DNA of 30,656 nucleotides from Candidatus Thorarchaeota archaeon (lineage in GTDB: Archaea; Asgardarchaeota; Thorarchaeia; Thorarchaeales; Thorarchaeaceae), in contig JAWAQK010000029.1 in NCBI GenBank assembly GCA_038893995.1, positions 1-30,656 on the forward strand. Reading direction: 5' to 3'. Below, piece after piece: positions 1 to 8,640 of the stretch. The translations under genes were made by a program, and so were the position numbers. Every line of letters begins with the position of its first letter. The first letter of the stretch is position 1. The notes under the pieces are model-generated. The model ran no database searches. It saw only the letters and a list, made by a program, of their open reading frames with translations, and was not told where the DNA came from.

Positions 1-1
1 A

Positions 2-38
2 CTTTCAATCCCCTCAATCTGGGATCTGCTTCTGCAAC
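2..38 (-). CRISPR. Single CRISPR direct repeat (37 nt), probably the leader-proximal repeat of an array extending left of the window
   Basis: Minus strand reads GTTGCAGAAGCAGATCCCAGATTGAGGGGATTGAAAG: 5' GTT, 3' ATTGAAAG end typical of type I/III repeats, internal ATCCC/GGGAT hairpin. Only one copy is visible, at the window edge. Confidence 0.8.
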
Positions 39-190
39 CCGGCCGATTTTTCCTGTTCTGACCATACTGAGCAAGCATATATCTCCTTTTCGGGTCGCTG
101 CGAGGAGTAGGCAGTTTTGCATCGCCCCTTATAAAGCACTCCACGGTTTATATACTCCCACAGCGTGAGTTCGATCGACTCCATGTGTTG
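39..190 (-). promoter_or_regulatory. Putative CRISPR leader/promoter
   Basis: Non-coding. On the minus strand GGAAAAATCGGCCGG directly abuts the repeat. TATA-like boxes at 128-135 (TTTATAAG on minus) and 147-154 (TATATAAA on minus). Near-palindrome GAGTTCGATCGACTC at 167-181. Confidence 0.6.
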
Positions 191-435
191 TGTATCGCCT
201 GAGAGATGTATTGAGAGGCTGGTGAGACGAGCGAGAGGTCAATTCCGTGGTGTCACATCTCAGTGCATTGGTCTGCGTCGTGTGACCTCTCTTGGACTCT
301 AGTCTTGGAGGAGTACCACCAGGCAAGGCTGACTCGCTTGGTCAGATTGAGCCTCGGGCGCTCGGCCACGGGGCGGAAACAGTCACAGAAAAGAAGAGAC
401 GCAGGAGGACTTGCCGTCCATCCTGCCTTGATTGA

Positions 436-1320
436 CTATCCAACCTTTGTACCACAGTTGGGGCAGAACTTTGCACCCTGAAGTGCAGTACCACAGTTGG
501 GGCAGAACTTTGCGCCAGCCGGTGCGGTGCCAGTAGAACCCTGAGCTTGTCCACCCGACACCATGTTCCCCATGACACCCATGAAGCCCATTCCAGCTCC
601 AAAGCCTGCTCCGGGACTCCTCCCAAGCGAGTCCGCTGCGCTCTTCACAGTCTCCATCCCTGCCAGGTCTCTGCCTCCGACTTGACCGGTCTTGAGCCAG
701 AACAGCCTCTCACGGTACTGCTCGGTGGTATCGATCCCCTCGAACTTGATGTCTACGAGTTCGAGACCGATCCTCTCAAAGTTCATCCGGATGGCGACCT
801 TTGCCTTCGTGGATGTCTCGTCGAGTCTCGTGAAGACAGCCTGCATGTCATAGTGTGCAAACTCATCAATGATCTTCTCGTTCATGAAGGCGCGCAGGAA
901 CTCGTTCACTGACTTGGTGGTGTATGCATTCTGATTTCCGACAACTTCAGTCACGAAGATCTTCGGTTCCTTCACTCTGAACCAGAAGGAGCCGTGGAAC
1001 ATCAGAGGTGCAAGGTCACTGGTCTGTCCTCTTCCCCCAAACTTACCCTGGAACTGTCCTCGGGATATGAAGATGCATGTGGCCTCGAAGACATCACCCT
1101 TCAGCTTCTTCTGCAGGTATCCCACTAGGCCGGGCATGCTGCTGGTCGTGAGTTTGTGTCGTCCCGCCAGGAACACATCGAGAGCCTTCCCGTCCCTGTA
1201 GAATATCGCAGCCTGGTTCTCCATCACTATGAGTTGCGAGCCCCACTTTATCCGGTTGTCTGGGTAGCGCCAGACTAGCTCGTCCGGACCGGCATTAGTC
1301 CATTCTATTGCATCTGCCAT
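436..1320 (-). CDS. SPFH/Band-7 domain protein (YdjI-like) with C-terminal double zinc ribbon
   Basis: LVWRYP..IKWGSQLIVMENQAAIFYRDGKALDVF..GRHKLTT N-terminus; GAGFGAGMG Gly-rich linker; two AKFCPNCGT motifs. Confidence 0.9.
   Translation of the reverse strand: MADAIEWTNAGPDELVWRYPDNRIKWGSQLIVMENQAAIFYRDGKALDVFLAGRHKLTTSSMPGLVGYLQKKLKGDVFEATCIFISRGQFQGKFGGRGQTSDLAPLMFHGSFWFRVKEPKIFVTEVVGNQNAYTTKSVNEFLRAFMNEKIIDEFAHYDMQAVFTRLDETSTKAKVAIRMNFERIGLELVDIKFEGIDTTEQYRERLFWLKTGQVGGRDLAGMETVKSAADSLGRSPGAGFGAGMGFMGVMGNMVSGGQAQGSTGTAPAGAKFCPNCGTALQGAKFCPNCGTKVG
449..513. repeat. Perfect 26-bp direct repeat (39-bp period) encoding the two zinc-ribbon knuckles
   Basis: GTACCACAGTTGGGGCAGAACTTTGC at 449-474 and 488-513. 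Confidence 0.95.
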
Positions 1321-1463
1321 AACACTCGCACCTGTTTATTAGGTATCACATCGAGGAGCGACGAGTTTGCTATTAAACATTCACTTGGTCTCCCCCAAAA
1401 TGGGACCTCCAGCTCACACCCGCCGGTTTAATAGCGGACTGACATGTCCCAGATACGATTCTG

Positions 1464-1928
1464 ATGGTCCTACAATCAAGGTTGGATGAAGGCGAGCAAT
1501 GTGACACACAGACATCGGGTCTCAATCCGGTGACGAACTACCTCATCACAGCAGTACTGACACTCATAGTCTATGTGATCATCTTCACGCTCGGCTGGGA
1601 GTCTGGAATAGTCTTCCTCCTGGTCGTGACATTCCAGACTTCAAGAGAGGCAAGACTGGTGACCGCAAGGGTCACGCATTCATTTCCCCGCGCTGCAGCC
1701 GTGTTCAACGCCATACTCGCTCTGACCTTCCTCTCGGTGATCATAATCAACGTCTACTGGTTCCGACACTTTGGCGAATTACTGATACTCCCCCAGGTGA
1801 CTGCTCTCACCACTCTCTCTCCCATGATCATCCTCCTGTCGTTCATGGGAGTGAAGAACATAAGGATAATCTACTGCCCGGTTCAACAGTCCACCGCTGA
1901 CGGTCGCCAGGCTGAGAAGGGAGCGTAG
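1464..1928 (+). CDS. Hypothetical membrane protein (about 4 TM segments)
   Basis: Several long hydrophobic stretches; divergent from the SPFH gene; TTTAATA at about 1427 upstream; start uncertain. Confidence 0.65.
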   Translation: MVLQSRLDEGEQCDTQTSGLNPVTNYLITAVLTLIVYVIIFTLGWESGIVFLLVVTFQTSREARLVTARVTHSFPRAAAVFNAILALTFLSVIIINVYWFRHFGELLILPQVTALTTLSPMIILLSFMGVKNIRIIYCPVQQSTADGRQAEKGA

Positions 1929-1964
1929 GGCCTCCACCGCCCGGCTCAGACACCATCATGGTCC

Positions 1965-2720
1965 TCAGAGGCCGATGCTCAGAAGGTCCCTGCCCATGGT
2001 GACCATTGCCTCGAGATCTCCTCTGACCGTTTCGATCACCTGCTCCTCGTGGGCCACCACATCCGGACCAAGGTGGGTGATGACGACCTCTCCAGGCCTA
2101 CACTCCGCCACGACTCCCCGGAGCTCAGACGGACTCGTGTGTACGGCGGGCGGATGTTCACCATCGAGCCAGTTGCACTCGTGTATCATGACGTCTGCCC
2201 CTCTTGCAAGTCTCAACACTGACTCACACGGTGCAGTGTCTGAAGAGATGAAGACTGAACCATCGGCATGTTCGAGTCTCAGAGAGAGCGTATACATGGT
2301 GCCGTGTAGTGCCGAGGTCGTCCTCACGAGAAGGTCCCCGATCCGCAACTCAGAGTCCGCCGACACTGCGACGAACCGTACGTTCGCCCTGTCCCCAAGG
2401 TACCCGTATGCCTCCCTCAGCAGGCACTCTCCCCAACCTGGTAATGCGGGCGGACCCGTGACGTTGAGAGTCCGTTTGTGACCGATCATGGTCAGAGTCT
2501 GAATCAGTGTGAACAGATCTGAACAGTGGTCGACATGTAGGTGGGTGATGAACACGTCTTCGATCGACCCCAAGTCCACCCCTGACTGCGTCAGCCTATG
2601 GAGCACTCCCGAGCCGATGTCTACGAGCAGCGAATCGTTCCCGGTCTCCACCAGCAGGCCCGACTGGACTCTCTCCGGGTCAGGGTAGGATGTTCCAGTA
2701 CCTAGCAACGTGATTCTCAT
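1965..2720 (-). CDS. Metallo-beta-lactamase fold hydrolase, RNase Z/BN-like family
   Basis: MRITLLGTG, LLVDIGSG, THLHVDH (HxHxDH), SSDT, HEC, HTSP and THL motifs. Confidence 0.9.
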   Translation of the reverse strand: MRITLLGTGTSYPDPERVQSGLLVETGNDSLLVDIGSGVLHRLTQSGVDLGSIEDVFITHLHVDHCSDLFTLIQTLTMIGHKRTLNVTGPPALPGWGECLLREAYGYLGDRANVRFVAVSADSELRIGDLLVRTTSALHGTMYTLSLRLEHADGSVFISSDTAPCESVLRLARGADVMIHECNWLDGEHPPAVHTSPSELRGVVAECRPGEVVITHLGPDVVAHEEQVIETVRGDLEAMVTMGRDLLSIGL

Positions 2721-2819
2721 GGGGTACGCCTGATTCAGGCTATCCTAATTGTGTTGTCCATTTTCGCAAGAGTGGTTGCCGTCCTGCCATGAGTACTGTC
2801 GCGGCAGAGGCCCGGGATC

Positions 2820-3212
2820 TCATGGTCTGTATGCCTCAGGCAGTGCGAGATGTCCAGGCATCACTATGTTGGCTATGAGATTCAGGATCAGTCTGACCTC
2901 GCGGACCACGTGACCGTGCCTCATCACAGGCTCCGAGATATAGTCCCATAGATCTGGTATGTGTGATGTCCTGAGCACCCTCAGAGTCCGGACCGACTCT
3001 ACGCTCGCCGAATCGTTCATCGCGTTCCAGTAGGCCTCATGGACGGCACGTTCAAGCGTTCGGTGGTGTGCCAGTAGGCGCATGCGGTCTACGCCCCGTT
3101 CCATGTCCTTCAACACCATGTCCTGTATTGTCTCCAGCTCATCGAGTGCCCGTTTCAGCGGTGCCAACCAGTCCTGCGCTTGGCATTCGTGTCGGTTCTC
3201 GCTAGATTCCAT
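2820..3212 (-). CDS. Hypothetical alpha-helical protein
   Basis: 130-aa ORF with ATG start and helical composition, divergent from the TPR gene across an AT-rich spacer; no family recognised. Confidence 0.6.
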   Translation of the reverse strand: MESSENRHECQAQDWLAPLKRALDELETIQDMVLKDMERGVDRMRLLAHHRTLERAVHEAYWNAMNDSASVESVRTLRVLRTSHIPDLWDYISEPVMRHGHVVREVRLILNLIANIVMPGHLALPEAYRP

Positions 3213-3310
3213 CTCGTGTCCACGGATTTGTGTCGAGCCTACTATTTATCCCCCACACACCACCTCTGGCCATAGCTCCTTATATATGACTGCGACCACT
3301 GGCTGATGAC

Positions 3311-3991
3311 ATGACATCTGCGGAGGAGCACCTTCAGGAGTCATACAGGCTCTTCTCAGCACGCGATTTCAAGAAGGCAGGAAAGGCTGCAGAGAAGGCA
3401 TTCAAGGAGTTCTCCAAGCATGGCCCTGAGAGCCGCGCACTCGAGTCATTGCGGGTCATGGCTGACTCGGCGCTCAATGCGAGAGAGATGAAGACTGCTC
3501 GATCGTTGTATGAGGACCTGCTGAAACGGGCCTCTGTAAGGAACATGCCCTTCTACCAGGCTGCTGCCAACTGGGGGCTGGGAGAATCGTCATTGTTCGA
3601 GATGGACTATGCCCGCGCGACCAGTCACTTCAAGACAGGTCTCGAACAGGCCTCCAGCATAAGCGACGCATGGTACACAGCGTGGAACGCCTTTGGTCTT
3701 GGAAAGTCCTACAAGGGTGGCGGCGACCCGACATCGTCAAGACGCTATCTACAGCAGGCACGCAGTGGGTTCGCCAGTCAGAACCAGCCCACCTACGTCG
3801 CATGGGTCGACCACATGCTGGGTGAATTGGGGACTAGCGCTGCTGCTACGTCTTCCGGTGTTGAAACGAGAGTCTACCAGTGTCCCATATGTGGAAGCAG
3901 GTTCAATGTGCAGCAGGCACAGGACTTCATAGTCGGGAAGCTCGTCAGCTGCGAATACTGCGGCGCAGCAGTCGGTCAGCGGTACACTTGA
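3311..3991 (+). CDS. TPR-repeat protein with C-terminal zinc ribbon
   Basis: TPR-like helices (AAANWGLGE..A..HFKTGLE; AWNAFGLGK); C-terminal CPICG..CEYCG; TTATATAT promoter-like box at 3280-3287. Confidence 0.8.
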   Translation: MTSAEEHLQESYRLFSARDFKKAGKAAEKAFKEFSKHGPESRALESLRVMADSALNAREMKTARSLYEDLLKRASVRNMPFYQAAANWGLGESSLFEMDYARATSHFKTGLEQASSISDAWYTAWNAFGLGKSYKGGGDPTSSRRYLQQARSGFASQNQPTYVAWVDHMLGELGTSAAATSSGVETRVYQCPICGSRFNVQQAQDFIVGKLVSCEYCGAAVGQRYT

Positions 3992-5070
3992 TCTCCTATG
4001 CCACCCATGCTGGTTCCCAGTCGCTGTGAGGTGCAGAGTCTCTGTTCGACCTTCAACCAGCAGGTCCCGATAGCGACACACGCGGATGCAATACCGGCAT
4101 ACAGTGTCAGGCCGTGGGCTAGTCCATCTGGTTCAAGGAATCCGTCTGGGAACAGGACGAGTACTGCTGAGAAGACCGCAGCCTGAGTCAAGAGTATATG
4201 AAATGTAGCCCTGCCTGTCTTCACGAACAGGCCATGCACCAGACCTGAATCCCGGCCGGGTAGCAGCCGCATCCCCAGTAGGAAGAGCATCGCGGAATAG
4301 GGCATGACCGCCACGTTGTAGTCTGTCATGAAGAATACGACACTCAATCCCGTGAGTTCGTGAATGGCCATGTAGGACAGGCTGAGAGCGCACAGTGGAT
4401 ACACGAACCAGTTGCGCCTGTCCGACAGTCCCACTCCGTCCGAGAACCAGAAGCCAAGAACAATGGGTGTCAGATAGGCCGTGACACTACAGAGTACGAG
4501 AAAGCGAAACAGATCGCGGAAATCAGCATACGCGATCGTCAGCCCGTAGAGTACTGCCTGGTGCATCAGGTCGTTCACCATGCATGCGACCATCGTCCTA
4601 CGTGGTCTCCTGCGGTATGCCCCATGCAGAATGGGGAGGACGAACACAGAGCTCAACGCAACAGGGACAAACCACACTCCGGGTCCAGTGACCGGTAGCT
4701 GGTCGAGTGACAGTCCATTGGACTGATCCGTGACGCATCTCGCCAGTGTGATCGGTGATGCGACTGCGAAGAAGACGACGAGTGGCGACAGATACCTGCG
4801 CATCCTCCTTCGCATGTAGGTCCGATTGCTGACTGAGGTGACTCCACGGCGTCTGAGTGAGCCCGCTGCGTTGAACCCCATGATGACGAGAAAGAGAGGC
4901 ACGGCCGTCTGCTCCCAGAATGATACGAGCACGCTCTCCTTGAATTGCGAGGTCATGCTATGGTCCAGCATCACCAGTAGTATCGCGACCGTCTTCATGA
5001 TGTTGATTGGTGTGATATCTCCTGGGGCCCCGCCGTACTCTGCATTCATCAGAGCAGCCGGACACGACAC
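3976..5070 (-). CDS. Acyltransferase family 3 (OafA/Acyl_transf_3-like) membrane protein
   Basis: KTVAILLVMLDH, AVPLFLVIMGF, RRRMRRY, WFVPV and GRATFHILLTQ motifs; multiple TM segments; start may be the ATG at 5049. Confidence 0.85.
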   Translation of the reverse strand: MSCPAALMNAEYGGAPGDITPINIMKTVAILLVMLDHSMTSQFKESVLVSFWEQTAVPLFLVIMGFNAAGSLRRRGVTSVSNRTYMRRRMRRYLSPLVVFFAVASPITLARCVTDQSNGLSLDQLPVTGPGVWFVPVALSSVFVLPILHGAYRRRPRRTMVACMVNDLMHQAVLYGLTIAYADFRDLFRFLVLCSVTAYLTPIVLGFWFSDGVGLSDRRNWFVYPLCALSLSYMAIHELTGLSVVFFMTDYNVAVMPYSAMLFLLGMRLLPGRDSGLVHGLFVKTGRATFHILLTQAAVFSAVLVLFPDGFLEPDGLAHGLTLYAGIASACVAIGTCWLKVEQRLCTSQRLGTSMGGIGDQVYR

Positions 5071-5166
5071 TCACCTATGTTTTTTAAGCATTCACTACAA
5101 GATTCAACCCAATACAACCCGGAACGAACGCCATATGGGTTGTGAAGTGTCAAGGAGTAACTGACC

Positions 5167-5727
5167 ATGGGTAAAGTCAATGACCCGATCGCAAAGAGAA
5201 TCCGGAAGAAGGCCGCCAAGGACATCAAGGGAGGAGTCTTTGGCAAGATCACTCACTATATCCCTGGCTGGCATGGCTACCAGGAGAAAGAAGAACGTCG
5301 CGCCGCCGATAAGGTCCTGCGTGAATTCCTGGCCAACCAGCTTCGGCTCGTGAAACAGGACCTCGAGAAGTTGCAGATGCTTGTTGTGGACTACAACCTC
5401 GAGAAGACCTGGGACACATTTGACAGGATGCTTGCCCTGACTGACAAGCTGGAGTCGGCCATACGATATGCCAACTATGGTTATGCTGCGTGGGGGTCTA
5501 AGGAGAAGATCAACGAGCGCGAGCTTGACCGGATGTACGAGTTCGACTCGGTGATAATTGATGACATCGGTGAGATCAATGATGTTGTCGAGGAGTTCAT
5601 GGAGAAGATGAACCAGGGCAAGTTTGACGACGCATGGAACTACACCTATAGACTGTGGACAATCATGCAGCGCCTCGAGGAGAAGTGGAACCAGCGTGAG
5701 GGCTACATGAAGGGATATCAGGACTAG
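5167..5727 (+). CDS. Conserved hypothetical helical protein (IPGxxGYxEKExRRxADKxLR family)
   Basis: AGGAG RBS upstream; charged helical 186-aa protein with IPGWHGYQEKEERRAADKVLR, YANYGY and LDRMYEFD motifs. Confidence 0.85.
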   Translation: MGKVNDPIAKRIRKKAAKDIKGGVFGKITHYIPGWHGYQEKEERRAADKVLREFLANQLRLVKQDLEKLQMLVVDYNLEKTWDTFDRMLALTDKLESAIRYANYGYAAWGSKEKINERELDRMYEFDSVIIDDIGEINDVVEEFMEKMNQGKFDDAWNYTYRLWTIMQRLEEKWNQREGYMKGYQD

Positions 5728-5804
5728 GTCACGCATATTACGCCGGGGTGTCCATCCCCGGCCTCTCTGATTCTTCGATGATTTTTTTCTGGGAGTGTTG
5801 GGTC

Positions 5805-6452
5805 ATGAGGAGAAGAGTCGGAGCAGTGTTGCTCCTGGCCATTGTGCTATTGCTGCTGGTCTTTAGGACCAGCATCATCCGCTTGTCTAACGAGGTGATC
5901 TTTGACCCAGGAGGTAGATATGATCCGCGCAGCCTCGACTACATGGGTGTGATCTACTCGAACAGGTCTGACATCTACGCGTATCACAATGGATACAGCA
6001 CCACTACAGACTGTCCTTGGGGTTTTGTTCACAATGGTATCGACTATCATTTCAAGAACAACTCGCTGGTGATAGCGGCAGCACCCGGTTATGTGGAATA
6101 TGTCGGGTGGAGGATCAACCCCGATACCACAGTCAACCTGTACAACATCTTTGTCTTTGTGAGGTTCAATGTGTCCGTGGTGCTCATGTACACATTCGAG
6201 CCATTCACTCACGTCGAGGGCGATCATCTCAGGCAACTGGATATGCTCTTGGTCAAAGAGGGCGACTGGGTCCAGAAGGGCGATCCCATAGGAAGCTTTC
6301 TTCATGTCGAGGACGGTGCGCATATCCACTTTGGCGTGACTGTCAACCATGAGTGGGTTGACCCTGAGCCGTTCTTTGGAGATTCCGACCGCCTGGAGCT
6401 GCTATCGCTCATCCACTCCTACCATCCAGACTGGGAAATATCGTACCCTTGA
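5805..6452 (+). CDS. M23 family metallopeptidase with N-terminal signal/anchor
   Basis: MRRR followed by a hydrophobic stretch; HNGID (HxxxD), VIAAAPGYV, VKEGDWVQKGDPIG, HIHF (HxH) and VDP motifs of the LytM/M23 family. Start placed at the ATG at 5805. Confidence 0.88.
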   Translation: MRRRVGAVLLLAIVLLLLVFRTSIIRLSNEVIFDPGGRYDPRSLDYMGVIYSNRSDIYAYHNGYSTTTDCPWGFVHNGIDYHFKNNSLVIAAAPGYVEYVGWRINPDTTVNLYNIFVFVRFNVSVVLMYTFEPFTHVEGDHLRQLDMLLVKEGDWVQKGDPIGSFLHVEDGAHIHFGVTVNHEWVDPEPFFGDSDRLELLSLIHSYHPDWEISYP

Positions 6453-6727
6453 GGTGGAGTTCCCAGTGGCAGTCCCTGACGTCGTGAGATGCCGAAGTCT
6501 GACGGTGTCTCGTCCGTTCGTGTCCTGATGTGCTGTGGCTGGTCGCGTATGGGTGAAGGCATCTGACTAGACGCGTGTCCAGGCCAATCATGTCAGAGAT
6601 GGTCCCGTGTGTCGATAGACAGTGCTGATCGGAGACGGCAATGGGCTTAATAGTGAAGGCCGGACATACGAGTCGCACGACGAGTGCGACATTCGTCTCA
6701 CAGAGTCCCGAGCGGAGTGAACTTCAA

Positions 6728-7504
6728 ATGGTAGTCCCAAGAGGACAGAGAGGAGTCTTTGCTCTAGGTATGTTTCTTGGTTGGCTTGGATTTGTGTCCG
6801 TCTGGCTGTTCCTTGTGGCACCTGGTTGGGGCAGCTTGATGGACAACCTTGCAGTTGCGATCTCATCCCTGTACGTCTTCGCAGGGACCGTGGCAGTATT
6901 GTCCATCGAAGACCCGACCCACAGACGTCGGTTCCCAATCGTCGTCTTGGTCGCACTGCTCGTGTTTGTGACGTTGTGGCTTCCCCTTGTCTCCGCCCTG
7001 TACAGCCCCTACCACAATGCGGCGGTAGTTTTCGGCGCCTTCATGCTGTCCTACATCATCGTCGCGGTCGCTTCTCTGAGTAGGTCTGGCCTGACAGCCT
7101 ATAGGTATAGGCGCACATCAGTCCTGTCAGTTGTCGTGACGACGATCTGGACGGTCCTAGTGTTGACCTGGCTCTGGTTCTATGCGCGCTACCTCACAGG
7201 AGGTCAGAATGCTGCAGTATCCTTCCTTGCAATACTAGCGATCATCTACCTCACCGCTGCAGTGCATCGGTTCACACTGCCTGTCGATACTGGGGTCGGT
7301 ATTGTACCTGCCATCAGGCTCCTCACGGTCTGGCTGGTCGGCATGGCAATCTGGTTCTGGTTCTATTCTGACCACTCTGGTCTAGACACCTACCAGAACG
7401 GCGGGATCGTGGTCGTGACTTTCGCACTCATGGTTCTAGCAGCATATGTCTCTGAGAAGAAGCGACGTAGTCGTGCAGCCCTAGATGGTGACTATAGACA
7501 GTAA
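6728..7504 (+). CDS. Multi-pass membrane protein with four internal TM-hairpin repeats (paralog 1)
   Basis: Repeated W(L/F)WF..(Y)QN.A unit; GGAGTGA RBS before the ATG at 6728; clearly homologous to 7777..8640. Confidence 0.8.
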   Translation: MVVPRGQRGVFALGMFLGWLGFVSVWLFLVAPGWGSLMDNLAVAISSLYVFAGTVAVLSIEDPTHRRRFPIVVLVALLVFVTLWLPLVSALYSPYHNAAVVFGAFMLSYIIVAVASLSRSGLTAYRYRRTSVLSVVVTTIWTVLVLTWLWFYARYLTGGQNAAVSFLAILAIIYLTAAVHRFTLPVDTGVGIVPAIRLLTVWLVGMAIWFWFYSDHSGLDTYQNGGIVVVTFALMVLAAYVSEKKRRSRAALDGDYRQ

Positions 7505-7776
7505 GCCACACTCGGCTCCTAGGCATGGTCGTATACTAAAGCCGGGAGTTTCCGTCCACTCCGGTCGGTGGATCCCTTGTCCGTGGGGTCAGTCAGTCGC
7601 AGAAGTTCCCGACCCGCTGCGTCGAGCAGAGTAACATCATGAGTCCTTTGATTGTGTCCCTCATACGTGGCCACAGGTTATATATGAGGTAGAGCATCTG
7701 CATGATGTCTGGCCGTTGGTCATCTGATGCCAGTGAGGACCCATGGCCTTGAGAAGAGATGTTAGGGGATTGACAG

Positions 7777-8640
7777 TTGAACAATAGTGACGAATCGATC
7801 GATGTGGATGAGGTATTTGCCGAGATACTTTCAGCAGGTTCCAAGATGACTACTCGTCGTCGAAGAATACCACGTCGACTGAAGGGCATCATCGCCGGAG
7901 GAATGTTCCTCGGCTGGCTCGCATTCGTGGCCCTCTGGTTGTTCTTTGTGGCCCCCACATGGGGAAGCTTCATGGACAACCTCGCAGTCGCACTGTCTTC
8001 TCTGTTCATATTCTCAGGCGCTGTGTCGGTCATGTTCATATCGGGTCCAGTGAACAAGAATCGCACTCGCCTGTCAGTCATCGTATTCGTCGCACTCCTG
8101 GTGTTCCTGACGTTGTGGTTTCCCCTGGCCTCTGCCCTGTACGGTTTCTATCAGAATGCAGCAATTGTCTTCGGCGCGGTCATGGTCGCGTTCACGATCG
8201 TCGGTGTGGCCTGGATAAGTGGTTCCCCGCTCATGGTGAGCCGATTCAGACGTGCATCGATTCTCTCAGTCCTGGTGACGGTGCTCTGGACGGTCTCAGT
8301 CCTGGTCTGGCTGTGGTTCTATGCATATTACTTGACGGGCTACCAGAATGTCGCACTGGCCTTCGTCGCAACGATTGCAATAGTCTACCTGGTCCTTGGA
8401 GTGAACTACTTCTCAATATCTCGTGACGTCAGGCCCAGCAGCGTGTTCGGTCTCGGTCTCTTCACATTGTGGCTTGTCGCAATGGCTCTCTGGTTCTGGT
8501 TCTTTGCAGACATCTTTGCACTGAACACCTATCAGAATGGTGCGATTGTGATCCTCACGTTCATCGTCATGATTCTGATCGGGTATCTCTACGAGAAGAA
8601 ACGGAATGTTCACACAGTCCCTGACGAGGGCTGGCAGTAG
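7777..8640 (+). CDS. Multi-pass membrane protein with four internal TM-hairpin repeats (paralog 2)
   Basis: GMFLGWL, WGS.MDNLAVA.SSL, WLWFYA.YLTG.QN and TYQNG are shared with the upstream paralog; acidic-then-basic N-terminal tail; TTG start uncertain. Confidence 0.8.
   Translation: MNNSDESIDVDEVFAEILSAGSKMTTRRRRIPRRLKGIIAGGMFLGWLAFVALWLFFVAPTWGSFMDNLAVALSSLFIFSGAVSVMFISGPVNKNRTRLSVIVFVALLVFLTLWFPLASALYGFYQNAAIVFGAVMVAFTIVGVAWISGSPLMVSRFRRASILSVLVTVLWTVSVLVWLWFYAYYLTGYQNVALAFVATIAIVYLVLGVNYFSISRDVRPSSVFGLGLFTLWLVAMALWFWFFADIFALNTYQNGAIVILTFIVMILIGYLYEKKRNVHTVPDEGWQ

Noticed and set aside
129-481. Short ORFs 129..326 and 263..481
   Set aside because: They lie in the CRISPR leader and SPFH terminator region and have no recognisable coding features.
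1965-2720. Calling the MBL hydrolase rnz (tRNase Z)
   Set aside because: It is 251 aa with no visible tRNA-binding exosite arm, so only the family-level call is supported.
5104-5736. 210-aa antisense ORF and many similar shadow ORFs (e.g. 1975..2481, 14879..15337, 15861..16475, 21655..22167)
   Set aside because: They fully overlap well-supported genes, show no motifs, and are expected at this GC content.
7694-7730. ATGATGT...CTGA with GCATC/GATGC ends resembling a C/D box sRNA or kink-turn
   Set aside because: Imperfect C box, only 15 nt between the boxes, no C'/D' boxes, and the bulge geometry does not fit a K-turn.
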